From NCBI GenBank assembly GCA_965218795.1, contig OZ244653.1, positions 3,424,001 to 3,488,000 on the forward strand: 64,000 nucleotides of DNA. Reading direction: 5' to 3'. This stretch comes from a bacterium (lineage in GTDB: Bacteria; UBA8248; JACPRG01; G963555815). The notes beneath the pieces were generated by a model. It saw only the letters and a list, made by a program, of their open reading frames with translations, had not been told where the DNA came from and ran no database searches. A program made the translations under genes and the position numbers. Of this stretch, positions 9,090-19,144 are shown piece after piece; the first letter of the stretch is position 1; the number at the start of each line of letters is the position of its first letter.

Positions 9090-9818
9090 TCAGGAGGATC
9101 GGCGTTCCTTCGCGCGGGCAAGACCCGGCGTCTGATCCATCAAGGAAAGAAACGCCCGTTCCTGGTTTTTGAGGTGCCGGCTCACCCGTCGTTCCGCTTT
9201 GAGGGAGTCGCGACGGATAAGGGCGGAGAGGATGCCCTTGTGCTCCCGCATGGATTGGTCCAGCCGATCGGGCACGCCGTGAGAGAGGATTCGCGTCTTG
9301 ACGATCTGGGACCGCACCTGCTCTACCAATTCCAGCAATCGGAGATTTCCGGATGCCTCTACAAAGGTGCGGTGGAAAAGATGATTGTAATGGTAGTAGC
9401 CGTCGATGTCGCCCGTCCGTCTGCACTCCTCCAATGCGTTGGTGGTCTCGCGCAAGCGCTTCAGGTCTTCCTCCGAAATCCGCTCGGCCGCCAGCCGGGC
9501 CGCCAGCCCCTCCAAAACGCCCGCGACGGCATACAGATCGCGGACATCTTCCTCGGTCGGCCGGCTCACGAACGCCCCCTTGTGGGGGACAAGCGAGATA
9601 TACCCCTGGGCCTCGAGCTCTTTGAGGGCCTCCCGAACGGAGGTGCGGCTCACGCCGAACGTGGCGGTCAAATCCTTTTCGACCAGCCGGTGTCCGGCCC
9701 CCAATCGGCCTTCGAGAATGGCCTCCCGGATTTGGGAGGCGACCACCCGGCTCATCGGCCGGGGACGGACTTCCTCGAATCCGGCAAGAATCGAACGCGC
9801 AGACGTCCTCTTCGCCAT
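9090..9818 (-). CDS. GntR family transcriptional regulator (FCD domain)
   Basis: HTH RLVEKDLTATFGVSRTSVREALKELEAQG; FCD histidines NHLFH, EHKGI and HL. Confidence 0.92.
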   Translation of the reverse strand: MAKRTSARSILAGFEEVRPRPMSRVVASQIREAILEGRLGAGHRLVEKDLTATFGVSRTSVREALKELEAQGYISLVPHKGAFVSRPTEEDVRDLYAVAGVLEGLAARLAAERISEEDLKRLRETTNALEECRRTGDIDGYYHYNHLFHRTFVEASGNLRLLELVEQVRSQIVKTRILSHGVPDRLDQSMREHKGILSALIRRDSLKAERRVSRHLKNQERAFLSLMDQTPGLARAKERRSS

Positions 9819-9821
9819 GGC

Positions 9822-11012
9822 TCAAACGACCCCTTCATCCCGCAGGGCCTGAATCTCATCCACCGAGAAATTCAAAACCCCCTGCAGCACTTCATCCGTA
9901 TGCTCGCCGAGCAGCGGCGGCGGTGAATGGACCCCGGCGGGCGTGTCGGAAAGCTTTACGGGGGCGCCCGTGAGCTTCGTCTTCCCGGCGACCGGATGAT
10001 CCACTTCGACCACCATACCCCTCGCCAGCACCTGAGGATGCGTGAGAACCTGGTCCAGCGTGTTGATGGAGCCGCACGGAATGCCGGCCTCGTTCAGCCT
10101 GTCGAGCCAGAAAGAGCGTGGCTGCGCCCTGAGGATCTCCCCCAACTCTTCCTTCAACTCATCGTGGTTCCGGACGCGGTTCGCGTTGGTTTCATACCTG
10201 GCGTCATGCGCCCAATCGGGCCGGTCGATGACATCGCAAAACTTGACCCACAAGGAGTCATTGCCCACCCCGAGATTGATGAACCCGTCCGCGCATGCAA
10301 GCGTTTCATAAGGGACGATACTCGGATGGGCGTTCCCGAGCCGCTTGGGGGGATTTCCAGTGGAAAAATAGATCCCCGCCTGATAGGTCAGCAGGGCCAC
10401 CTGGCCGTCCAGCATGCCGATGTCCACCTTCTGGCCTTTTCCCGTCCGCGCGCGCGCGATCAGCGCAGCCAGGACCCCGTGGCAGGCCAGCATCCCCGCG
10501 GTGATATCGGCGATGGAGGCTCCGACTTTGGCGGGCTGGCCGTCCGGCTCTCCGGTCAGGCTCATGATCCCGCCTTCGCCCTGAATCACCACGTCGTAGC
10601 CGGGCCGGTCCTGAAGCGGTCCCGTGTGCCCGAAGCCCGAGATCGAAGCGTAGACCATGCGCGAATTGATTTCATGGATACGGTCATAGCCGAAGCCCAG
10701 CTTCTCCATCGTTCCCGGCCGGAAGTTCTCGACGACCACATCGGACCGTTCGATCAGCCGGGTGAGAATCGTCTTCCCCTTCTCCGCCTTCAGGTTGAGC
10801 GTGAGGCTCTTTTTATTACGGTTGATGCTCATGAAATAAGAGCTCTCGCCATTCACGAAGGGGGGGCCCCAGGCCCGAGTGTCATCCCCCGTGCCGGGAA
10901 GCTCCACCTTGACGACCTCGGCCCCCAGGTCCGCCAGCATCATGGTGGCGTACGGACCCGCGAGGATTCGGGTGAGATCGAGAACAAGGGTGCCTTCCAA
11001 TGCGCCGGACAT
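9822..11012 (-). CDS. Family III CoA-transferase (CaiB/BaiF)
   Basis: VLDLTRILAGPYATMMLADLGAEVVKVE, NRNKKS, ENFRPG, GYD, and catalytic Asp in IADITAG. Confidence 0.93.
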   Translation of the reverse strand: MSGALEGTLVLDLTRILAGPYATMMLADLGAEVVKVELPGTGDDTRAWGPPFVNGESSYFMSINRNKKSLTLNLKAEKGKTILTRLIERSDVVVENFRPGTMEKLGFGYDRIHEINSRMVYASISGFGHTGPLQDRPGYDVVIQGEGGIMSLTGEPDGQPAKVGASIADITAGMLACHGVLAALIARARTGKGQKVDIGMLDGQVALLTYQAGIYFSTGNPPKRLGNAHPSIVPYETLACADGFINLGVGNDSLWVKFCDVIDRPDWAHDARYETNANRVRNHDELKEELGEILRAQPRSFWLDRLNEAGIPCGSINTLDQVLTHPQVLARGMVVEVDHPVAGKTKLTGAPVKLSDTPAGVHSPPPLLGEHTDEVLQGVLNFSVDEIQALRDEGVV

Positions 11013-11038
11013 CTACAATCCTCCGAAATCAAACACCG

Positions 11039-12163
11039 TTATCCTCCCACCAGTGACAGCAGGACGCCGGCTGCGATGGCCGATCCGATCACTCCGGCGA
11101 CATTCGGCCCCATGGCGTGCATCAGCAGAAAGTTGTGACGGTCCGCATCCTGGCCGACCTTCTGGACAACCCGGGCGGCCATGGGAACAGCCGAAACCCC
11201 CGCCGCGCCGATGAGGGGGTTCATGGGCTCTTTGGAGAACGCAGCCATGAGTTTCCCGAAGAGGACGCCCGCAGCCGTCCCGATGGAAAAGGCGATAAAA
11301 CCCAGGACGATAATGAAAAGGGTCTCCAGGTTCAGGAACTGCTTCGCCGTCATCGAAGCGCCGACGGAAAGGCCGAGAAAGATCGTCACCATGTTGAGCA
11401 TTTCGTTCTCCGAAGCCCTCAAGAGGCGGTCCACAACCCCGCACTCCCGGAACAGGTTGCCCAGCATGAGCATTCCGACCAGAGGGGCCGAGGAGGGAAG
11501 AAGAAGGCCCGTAAAGAACAGGGTCACAATCGGGAACAGAATTCGCACCGTCTTGGAAACCTGTTTTCGCTGCACCATCACGACCTTCCTTTCCTCATCC
11601 GACGTCAGGAGCTTCATGATGGGAGGCTGAATGATGGGAACCAGCGCCATGTAGGAATAGGCCGCCACCGCCACCGGGCCCAGCAGATGAGGCGCCAACT
11701 TGGAAGTCAGGTAGATGGCCGTGGGGCCGTCGGCGCCGCCGATGATTCCGATCGAGCTCGATTCCGGAAGGTTGAACCCCAGGAGAATGGCCCCGATGAG
11801 CGTCCCGAAGATACCGAATTGCGCGGCCGCTCCCAGCAGGATGGTTTTCGGGTTGGCCAGGAGGGGCCCGAAATCCGTCAGGGCCCCGACGCCCAGGAAA
11901 ATCAGCGGCGGGAAGATCCCCGCCTTGACGCCGAAATAGAAGAAATGCAAGAGGCCTCCCTCTTCGAACATGCCGCCCAGGGGGAGGTTCGACAAGATCG
12001 CACCGATGCCGATGGGAAGGAGCAGGAGCGGCTCGAATCCCTTTTTGATCGCCAGATAGACCAGAACGGCTCCGACCAGCAGCATCGTGGCGGATTGCCA
12101 CGTGAGATTCGCAAATCCCGTCTGCCCCAGGAACCGGATGATGCCATGGCCCAGGCTGTCCAC
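11039..12163 (-). CDS. mmdB: Na+-translocating decarboxylase beta subunit (MmdB/GcdB/OadB)
   Basis: [62 protein letters not shown]. Confidence 0.95.
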   Translation of the reverse strand: MDSLGHGIIRFLGQTGFANLTWQSATMLLVGAVLVYLAIKKGFEPLLLLPIGIGAILSNLPLGGMFEEGGLLHFFYFGVKAGIFPPLIFLGVGALTDFGPLLANPKTILLGAAAQFGIFGTLIGAILLGFNLPESSSIGIIGGADGPTAIYLTSKLAPHLLGPVAVAAYSYMALVPIIQPPIMKLLTSDEERKVVMVQRKQVSKTVRILFPIVTLFFTGLLLPSSAPLVGMLMLGNLFRECGVVDRLLRASENEMLNMVTIFLGLSVGASMTAKQFLNLETLFIIVLGFIAFSIGTAAGVLFGKLMAAFSKEPMNPLIGAAGVSAVPMAARVVQKVGQDADRHNFLLMHAMGPNVAGVIGSAIAAGVLLSLVGG

Positions 12164-12186
12164 TTGTTATCGTCTCCCGATACGAC

Positions 12187-12594
12187 TCAATCCGGGTCAA
12201 TCCGGACCAGAAGCTGACCGCCGTTTACTTTGTCGCCCGGGTTGACCAGGATCTCGGCCACGGTGCCGGCCTGGTCCGCGACGACCCGGGTCTCCATCTT
12301 CATCGCCTCCAGGACGCAGACGACCGTGTCCGGTTTAACCGGGTCCCCCACCTTGACCATCACCTTGAGAATGGCGCCCGGCAATGGCGAGACGACTCCG
12401 CCCGCGCCGGCCGCCGGGCGGGGACGAGGACGAGCGGCCGAAACCGGCGCGGCGCCGGCCGCCGATTCCTCGGCAACCACCTCGACCAAATGCTCCACGC
12501 CGTCCACCAACACCCGAAGCTGATCGGGACTCTCCGTATCCTCGACGGTCACTTCGTAGGTGATGTTCTTGTGCGTGATGGTGAACTTCTTCAA
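12187..12594 (-). CDS. mmdC: Biotin carboxyl carrier subunit of Na+-translocating decarboxylase
   Basis: TTG at 12594 overlaps the upstream TGA. KKFTITHKNITYEVTVE N-terminus, Ala/Pro linker, biotinylation motif EAMKME. Confidence 0.9.
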   Translation of the reverse strand: MKKFTITHKNITYEVTVEDTESPDQLRVLVDGVEHLVEVVAEESAAGAAPVSAARPRPRPAAGAGGVVSPLPGAILKVMVKVGDPVKPDTVVCVLEAMKMETRVVADQAGTVAEILVNPGDKVNGGQLLVRIDPD

Positions 12595-12950
12595 ACCCGA
12601 TCTCCCCCCGCGTAGGCGTCCGCCCTGGAAAGGGCGGCCACCCGACCGTCCATCACCCACTTGGATCGGTCGGGACGCTTCACGTCCACCATGAACACCT
12701 GAGCGGACTGCGCCTTCAGATAGGCCCCGACGGCAGCAGTGATGACCGGCAACAGCTCCTCTTCTCCGGCCCCGCCGACGGGCGTAGCCGCAACTCCCGC
12801 AGCCGGCTCTCCGGCCGGGGCCGGGCCGCCTTCCCATATCGAGGCCAACCCATCCAGCACGCGGATCAAAACGGCCAAGGCAATCAGCGAGAGGAAAACC
12901 GTCCCCATTCCAATGATTATCAGCATGATCCCCTGGCCCATCAGGCTCAC
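12591..12950 (-). CDS. mmdD: OadG/MmdD-like membrane subunit of Na+-translocating decarboxylase
   Basis: GTG at 12950 with GGAAGGAG SD. Single TM GMGTVFLSLIAL, Ala/Pro linker, VITAAV, KWVMDGR. Confidence 0.85.
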   Translation of the reverse strand: MSLMGQGIMLIIIGMGTVFLSLIALAVLIRVLDGLASIWEGGPAPAGEPAAGVAATPVGGAGEEELLPVITAAVGAYLKAQSAQVFMVDVKRPDRSKWVMDGRVAALSRADAYAGGDRV

Positions 12951-13045
12951 GGATGAATCTCCTTCCAGTGAATGACGCTCCGCCGCCCACGGCGATACAC
13001 CGCGCCGTGAGCCGGAGAAAGCCGCCATCCACCCAGCGCTGAGAA

Positions 13046-14617
13046 TTACAAGGGGATGTTCCCGTGCTTCTTTCGGGGGCGGCTTTCCCGCTTGCCCTGG
13101 AGCATCTCCAGCGCGCGCAACAGCTCCCGGCGTGTGTACCGGGGCTCGATGATGGAATCCACATAGGACAATGCCGCGGCCGAGTAGGGCGTGCAGAACT
13201 TCTTCCGGAACTCCTCGATCAGCTCCTGCCGCTTGGCCTCGGGGTCGGAGGCTTCCGCAATCTCCCGCCGGAAGATGATGTTGGCCGCGCCTTCCGGACC
13301 CATCACGGCGATCTCAGCCGTGGGATAGGCCAACACGCGGTCAAATCCCATATCCCGGTTACTGAAGGCGATATAGGCGCCGCCGTACGCCTTCCGCACG
13401 ATGATGCTGATCTTCGGGACGGTGGCCTCCGAGTAGGCAAACAAAATCTTGGCCCCATGCCGGATAATCCCGCCGAACTCCTGCTGCGACCCGGGCAGGA
13501 ACCCCGGAACGTCGACAAGCGTGATAACCGGCAGATTGAAGCTGTCGCAAAAACGGACCATTCGGGCCACCTTGTCCGAAGAGTCGATGTCCAGGACGCC
13601 GGCCAAGACCGAAGGCTGGTTGGCGACGACCCCCACCGGTTGACCTCCCAGCCGCGCAAATCCGACGACTGCGTTCTTGGCGAAATCCGGTTGAACCTCG
13701 AGAAAATCAGAGTGGTCGAAAACTCCCTCGATCAGGTCGTGCACGTCATAGGGCTCGGTTTGGCGGGCGGGTATCAGTTCATTCAGAGCCTCATTTTCTA
13801 CCGGGGGGTAATCGGGGGGATCGCTCCGCGGGGGATCGTCCACGTTGTTCGAGGGCAGAAAGCTCAGGAGCTTCTTGACCATCGACAAGCATTCCTTTTC
13901 GTTGGTCGGAGTGAAATGGGCGACGCCGCTCACGCCGCCATGAACCCCCGCACCCCCGAGCTCCTCCAAGGTGATGTCTTCTCCCGTCACGGCCTTGATT
14001 ACGTCAGGGCCCGTCACGAACATGTTGCTGATGCCAGGGACCATGAAGATGAAATCGCAGATGGCCGGCGAGTAGACGGCGCCTCCCGCGCAGGGGCCGA
14101 GTATCACCGCAATCTGCGGAATGACGCCCGAGGCTTGGGTGTTTCGACGGAAGATGTTTCCGTACCCGTTGAGGGAGCTCACTCCTTCCTGAATGCGGGC
14201 TCCGCCCGAGTCGTTGATCTGGATGAACGGGCACCCCGCGCTCATGGCGAGGTCCATGGCCCGGCAGATCTTCGCCGCATGCATCTCACCCAGCGAGCCG
14301 CCCAGGGCCGTGAAATCCTGGGAAGAGAAGTAGACGAGGTTGCCGTCGATCTTTCCCGCCCCGGTTACAACACCGTCGCCCGCGTAGCGGCGCTTATCCA
14401 TCCCGAAATCAGAGTTGCGCGTCTCGGCGAAAGCATCGAGCTCGACAAAGGTTTCTTCGTCCAGAAGGAATTCGAGGCGCTCCCGCGCGGTCATTTTGCC
14501 ACGCTCGCGCTGCTTCTTGATGGCCTCGCGACCTCCGCCCAGACGAGCCTGTTCCGCCCGCTGCCGCAATTCATCTGACAGAGACTTCACGCCTGATTCC
14601 CTCTTTTCCCGTTCCAT
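13046..14617 (-). CDS. mmdA: Acyl-CoA (methylmalonyl-CoA-type) decarboxylase alpha / carboxyltransferase subunit
   Basis: GKMTARER, DSGGARIQEG, GPCAGGAVYSPA, DVPGFLPG, RKAYGGAY, KKHGNIPL. Start is ATG 14617 or GTG 14590, because the promoter lies over the annotated 14701 start. Confidence 0.9.
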   Translation of the reverse strand: MEREKRESGVKSLSDELRQRAEQARLGGGREAIKKQRERGKMTARERLEFLLDEETFVELDAFAETRNSDFGMDKRRYAGDGVVTGAGKIDGNLVYFSSQDFTALGGSLGEMHAAKICRAMDLAMSAGCPFIQINDSGGARIQEGVSSLNGYGNIFRRNTQASGVIPQIAVILGPCAGGAVYSPAICDFIFMVPGISNMFVTGPDVIKAVTGEDITLEELGGAGVHGGVSGVAHFTPTNEKECLSMVKKLLSFLPSNNVDDPPRSDPPDYPPVENEALNELIPARQTEPYDVHDLIEGVFDHSDFLEVQPDFAKNAVVGFARLGGQPVGVVANQPSVLAGVLDIDSSDKVARMVRFCDSFNLPVITLVDVPGFLPGSQQEFGGIIRHGAKILFAYSEATVPKISIIVRKAYGGAYIAFSNRDMGFDRVLAYPTAEIAVMGPEGAANIIFRREIAEASDPEAKRQELIEEFRKKFCTPYSAAALSYVDSIIEPRYTRRELLRALEMLQGKRESRPRKKHGNIPL

Positions 14618-14689
14618 GCGGAATTTCGCGCCGAAGTGCGAGTGAGAGCCCCTCGGTCGCCACTTGGGGAAAAATGACTGGATTGAATG

Positions 14690-14726
14690 ATTATCAGACA
14701 ATAAGACAATCTACATTGCAAGTCAA
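14690..14726 (-). promoter_or_regulatory. Sigma70 promoter TTGACT-17-TATTGT for the decarboxylase operon, with overlapping GntR-like box
   Basis: -35 at 14726-14721 and -10 at 14703-14698. The AGACAAT direct repeat and ATTATCAGACAAT near-palindrome overlap the -10. Confidence 0.55.
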
Positions 14727-15183
14727 GCCACCTGCGCTGATAGCTGCGAAAAAGAGGGCGAGGCCTTCCTCTACTCGGTGATTCCCGGATTTGGGGTAAG
14801 CCGCTCTGGGGCAGGCGGGGCCCGCACTGCTGTCGCCGGGCATGAGGGCAAATGATTTTCGATTTCTCCTGATAACCCGGCGACAGGGGCGCGCTGCCCC
14901 CGAGAAGCGCCCCCCTGAAAATCCCCTTTGATCCGGCACTGCGAAATCGCGGAGGCGCGTTGCCTGCCCCAATATCCCCCTGAAATGGAGCTCCATCATC
15001 TCTGGCGTCCGCTCGAACCGGGGATCACTGTGAGTGTCCTGCACCCTTGACCGCAGACCGGCGAATATGCGGAAATGTAACGAATTATCATTTTCGTGTA
15101 CGATGTGTACGAATCGCTCTGCACTTGGAAGGATCATTTGGCCGAGGGTAAATCCGTTTGCCCGATTCGGCGGGGAGGCCCGA

Positions 15184-15843
15184 ATGAAGATTATCGATCT
15201 GAGCCTGGATACCCAAGATCAGGTTCCGGTACCGCCTTCGGTTCCACAAATCGTGAAGATGACGACTGCGTTTCGCAAGCCGACCCACTGGCAGGCTACT
15301 TGGGTGTCATTTTCCGCGCATACCGCTTCTCACTGCGACTCGGCCCTGCACGTCCTCGCTCGGAAGGCGCCGATCAACAAGGTTCCGCTGGAAAAGTTCG
15401 TCGGGGAAGCCGTCATGCTCGACTTGACCCAGAAGGGCAGGAAAAATGCGGAAATCACGCTTGAGGACGTCAAGAAATACGACAAAGTCCCGAAAAAGAA
15501 CGATATCATCGTGATGCGAACGGATTGGGGGCGCAAAAAGTTCGGGAAAACCGAGTACTATACAGACTCCCCTTACATCAACGAGGATGTGGCGCGGTGG
15601 CTGGTGAGCAAGAAGCCGAAGGCCATCGGGTTCGACTTTTTCGAGGAGTACAACGCGAGGCTGAAGGACTTCAAACCGGCGGATTTCATCGTACACCGGA
15701 TTATGATGGGAGCGGGAATCTTCCTCATCGAGGGGATAACGAATCTGCATCTGGTCAAGAAAAGGCGCTTCATGCTGCACGCGGCTCCCATCAAGCTGAA
15801 AGACTGCGAAGCAGCGCCTGCGCGTATTTATGCTGTGGTGTAA
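15184..15843 (+). CDS. Cyclase family (kynurenine formamidase-like) metal hydrolase
   Basis: MKIIDLS start after GGGGAGG; HTASHCDSALH metal motif; IEGITNL; APIKL..AAPAR. Confidence 0.85.
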   Translation: MKIIDLSLDTQDQVPVPPSVPQIVKMTTAFRKPTHWQATWVSFSAHTASHCDSALHVLARKAPINKVPLEKFVGEAVMLDLTQKGRKNAEITLEDVKKYDKVPKKNDIIVMRTDWGRKKFGKTEYYTDSPYINEDVARWLVSKKPKAIGFDFFEEYNARLKDFKPADFIVHRIMMGAGIFLIEGITNLHLVKKRRFMLHAAPIKLKDCEAAPARIYAVV

Positions 15844-15989
15844 CCGATTTCTTCGCTCTGCGGTTTGGCGATAGTTTTCACTGCGGATTGGATTTCAGGG
15901 CAGCTATCGGTCAAGCGCCGTACCCACCAACAACGGAATACAGTTTGAACGTAATGGGGCGAACTGCGCCCGGATGGAGGCGACTTCGG

Positions 15990-16709
15990 ATGAAAGGCGT
16001 CACGATTGTCGATCTATCGCAGCCTATCTACCAGGGGATGCCGGTCTATCCCGGCCACGTGAAAACCGTCATTTTCACCAATCCCACCCACGACGAAACC
16101 CGGAGAATGAAAAAGGATTTCTCCTACGAATGCCGCGGCATCCTGATGAGCGATCACGGCCCGACGCATCTGGATGCCATCAACCACCTGACGCCGGATC
16201 CCAGCGCCGCCTCCATCGATCAAATTCCCCTGGAGACCTTCCTCACGCCGGCCATCTGCCTGGATGTCTCGCATGTGGGCTCGCAGGCCGCCATCACGAA
16301 GTCCGACCTGGAAGAAGCTCTCAAGAAACACAACCTGACCATCGAGCAAGGAGACACAGTCCTTCTCTGGACGGGTCACTACGACCGGAATTACGGGAAA
16401 AATGAAAATATCGAGTGGCTCTACGAATATCCCGGCCTGGACCGGGAGGCCACCGAGTGGCTTCACGACCAGGGGTGCGTCAACATCGGCGTGGACGCCC
16501 CGAGCATCGATAACTTCAAGGACACGACCTATCCCGCCCACCACGTCTGCCTGGAGCGGAAGATGATCAACACCGAGAACCTCTGCAATCTTGACCAGGT
16601 GGCGGGTAAGCGGTTTGTCTTCAGTGGGCTCCCGCTGAAGATCATCGAGGGGACCGGGTCGCCCATCCGGGCGGTGGCCCTGCTCTTCAATGGGGAATTC
16701 GGTCAGTAA
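15990..16709 (+). CDS. Cyclase family metal hydrolase, second paralog
   Basis: IVDLSQPIYQGMPVYPG, HGPTHLDAINH, GVDAPSID, ENLCNL, GTGSPIRAVA; GGAGG SD. Confidence 0.88.
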   Translation: MKGVTIVDLSQPIYQGMPVYPGHVKTVIFTNPTHDETRRMKKDFSYECRGILMSDHGPTHLDAINHLTPDPSAASIDQIPLETFLTPAICLDVSHVGSQAAITKSDLEEALKKHNLTIEQGDTVLLWTGHYDRNYGKNENIEWLYEYPGLDREATEWLHDQGCVNIGVDAPSIDNFKDTTYPAHHVCLERKMINTENLCNLDQVAGKRFVFSGLPLKIIEGTGSPIRAVALLFNGEFGQ

Positions 16710-16822
16710 CAGCGCGGTCTGAGATACGGGATGCCGCCACGGCCCTGGTCATCCGCCAGGGCTGCGGTCCCGCTTGCAGCCGGAAATTCAACAGAAGGTC
16801 GAATGCAAACGGAGTCAATCTG

Positions 16823-17980
16823 ATGGACGTTGCGAGGATGCGCTTTTCCAATCGGGTCTGGTTCGGACCCGGATGTACGGAGAGGCTCGAGGAGGAATCC
16901 AAGACACTCGGGGCCAAACGCGCCCTGGTCATCTCCGATGAAGGGATCAAGAACGCCGGCCTCCTCGAACGCGCCCTGGACCCGCTCCAAGGCGCCGGTG
17001 CGGAGGTGGAAGTCTATACCGATGTCACTCCCGAGCCTCCCATCGAGGATCTGGAGAAGTGCTTCGAGGCCTACCGGAAGGAGAATTTCGATCTGGTCGT
17101 CGGTGTCGGGGGCGGAAGCCCGCTCGACGTGGCGAAATCGATGAGCGTCCTCCTGGCGAACGGCGGAGAGGTTCGCGACTACCTGGGCATCGACCTCGTC
17201 CCCAACCCGGGCCTGCCCTCCATCCTCATACCGACCACCGCCGGAACAGGCGCTGAGGCGACGCCCAACGCAATCTTTTCCATCGAAGAGGAAAAGGTCA
17301 AAAAGGCTATCGTCAGCTCGCACATCATCGCGAACGTCGCCGTACTGGACCCGGAACTCACGTTGGGCCTGCCGCCCGCGCAGACCGCGGCCTCCGGAGT
17401 CGATGCCCTCACCCACTGTCTGGAAACTTACGTCGCCCTCAATGCGACGCCTATCTCGGAGATGTTCTCCATAGAGGGGATGCGCCTCATCGCGGGCAGC
17501 ATCCGCCGGGCCGTCCACAACGGAAAAGACCTCCAGGCGCGGGCCGATATGCTGCTCGGAAGTTATTACGGCGGGGTCTGTCTCGCCGGGGCCAGCGCCG
17601 GAGCGATCCATGCACTCTCGTATCCGCTGGGCGGCCGGTACCACGTTCCCCACGGCGTCAGCAACGCGATGCTCTTCCCCCACGTGATGGAGTTCAACTT
17701 CCTCGGGAACCTGGAAAAGTTCGCCGGCATCGCGGAATTTCTGGGCGAGGAAGTGGATGGACTTTCGCTGAGGGAAGCGGCGGAGACCTCGGTCGACGCG
17801 GTCCGAACGCTCTGCGAGGATGTAAACATCCCCACGACGCTCAAGGAACTGGATATCGACGCTTCGGCGATCCCGGAGTTGGCTGAGGCCGCTTCGCTGA
17901 TCACGCGGATCCTCGATTTCAACCCCCGCCGAATGACGAAGGACGATATCATCCGGGTCTACGAACGCGCCGCGGAATAG
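16823..17980 (+). CDS. Iron-containing (class III) alcohol dehydrogenase
   Basis: GVGGGSPLDVAK, IPTTAGTGAEAT, DALTHCLE, HALSYPLG..HVPHG. Confidence 0.93.
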   Translation: MDVARMRFSNRVWFGPGCTERLEEESKTLGAKRALVISDEGIKNAGLLERALDPLQGAGAEVEVYTDVTPEPPIEDLEKCFEAYRKENFDLVVGVGGGSPLDVAKSMSVLLANGGEVRDYLGIDLVPNPGLPSILIPTTAGTGAEATPNAIFSIEEEKVKKAIVSSHIIANVAVLDPELTLGLPPAQTAASGVDALTHCLETYVALNATPISEMFSIEGMRLIAGSIRRAVHNGKDLQARADMLLGSYYGGVCLAGASAGAIHALSYPLGGRYHVPHGVSNAMLFPHVMEFNFLGNLEKFAGIAEFLGEEVDGLSLREAAETSVDAVRTLCEDVNIPTTLKELDIDASAIPELAEAASLITRILDFNPRRMTKDDIIRVYERAAE

Positions 17981-17989
17981 GGGCGAACA

Positions 17990-18191
17990 TTTGGGGGGCC
18001 TTTTTGAAAACCGGCCCCCCAAACCCCCTGGAAAACTTTTATTTCGCGCCGAAGGGGTGTCCGATGGACACCCCTTCGGCGCAGTATCGTAACAAAAAAC
18101 CCTTATTCACAATCGATTGATCACGTTTCCATGGCCGCAGAAAGTTTTTTGAGGAGGTCAGGAGGACATTTTTTAAAAAATCGTCCTCCTG
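17990..18191. terminator. Hairpin cluster / inverted REP-like pair between convergent genes
   Basis: Hairpins at 17990-18023, a perfect 17-bp stem at 18046-18082, and a hairpin at 18159-18191. The outer units are related AAAGTTTT..GG inverted copies. Confidence 0.6.
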
Positions 18192-18226
18192 GGAGCTTTC
18201 TTTCACCCCTTCCGGCCGAATTTGAA

Positions 18227-18877
18227 TCACTTCCTTTTCCCGGACGGTCGGAGCGTTTCCTCGCCTTCGACGAGGCAGACCATCTCCCGGGCGCGGGTTC
18301 CCGGATCGGCGTCAGCGAACACGTAGGAAATCAGCGCCACTCCGTAGGCCCCGGCATCCAGGGCGCCGGGGGCGTTTTCCGGGGTGATTCCCCCGAGGGC
18401 ATACACCGGGATATCCGATTCAGAGCAGGCGTATCGCAAACCCTCCAGCCCCAGGATCGGGGCCGTGAACTCCTTGCGGGTCGGGAAGACCGGGCTCAGC
18501 GTTACGAAGCTCGCTCCGAGGCGGCTGGCCATATTCGCTTCTTCCGCGGTATGGGCTGAATAACCGATCAGCGCCTTCTCGCCGAGAATTTCTCGAGCTT
18601 CACGCAAAGGGACGCCGCGGCTTCCCAGGTGCGCGCCATCCGCCCCGATTGCGGCCGCCACGTCCACTCGATCGTTGATCAGAAACTTTGCGTCAAATTG
18701 CTTCGCGAGCTCTTTGACGGATCCGGCCAGATTGTACAGCGGTCCGCCCGGCATTTCTTTTTCACGAATCTGGAGTAAACGAACGCCTGCCTGAAAAGAT
18801 GCTTCGATGGACGCCAACAGATCGCCGCCGGGAACCAGCCTTCGATCTGTAATCAGGTAGAAACGGGGCAAATCCAT
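18227..18877 (-). CDS. thiE: Thiamine-phosphate synthase (ThiE/TenI family)
   Basis: YLITDR, LQIREK, INDRVDVA..ADGAHLG, SPVFPT, YALGGIT; downstream of thiG. Confidence 0.85.
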   Translation of the reverse strand: MDLPRFYLITDRRLVPGGDLLASIEASFQAGVRLLQIREKEMPGGPLYNLAGSVKELAKQFDAKFLINDRVDVAAAIGADGAHLGSRGVPLREAREILGEKALIGYSAHTAEEANMASRLGASFVTLSPVFPTRKEFTAPILGLEGLRYACSESDIPVYALGGITPENAPGALDAGAYGVALISYVFADADPGTRAREMVCLVEGEETLRPSGKRK

Positions 18878-19144
18878 AGAAGTTCTCGAGAAGGTCAACA
18901 GATGGATTCATTTTATCAGGGTTTGCGATCGAGGTAGACAAGAGGAATCTTGGGAAATTCTTTTCAGGGGGACCTTCCGTTTTCGAAATCCAGAGTCTCT
19001 GCTTGTTGACAGCGAGGGCGTTGGGACCGAAGCCTTTCTCTTGGTCGGCGCCGCAGCCGGGCTGAACGATCAAATCGTAAATCATTAACTCTTGCGCCCG
19101 GCGAGAACGAAGCAGGCCGTGCCTGCCCCCGCAAATTGTCTGCT

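Noticed and set aside
12187-13164. 325-aa ORF as one protein
   Set aside because: Only the part from TTG 12594 is a biotin carrier; upstream it overlaps mmdD and mmdA in other frames.
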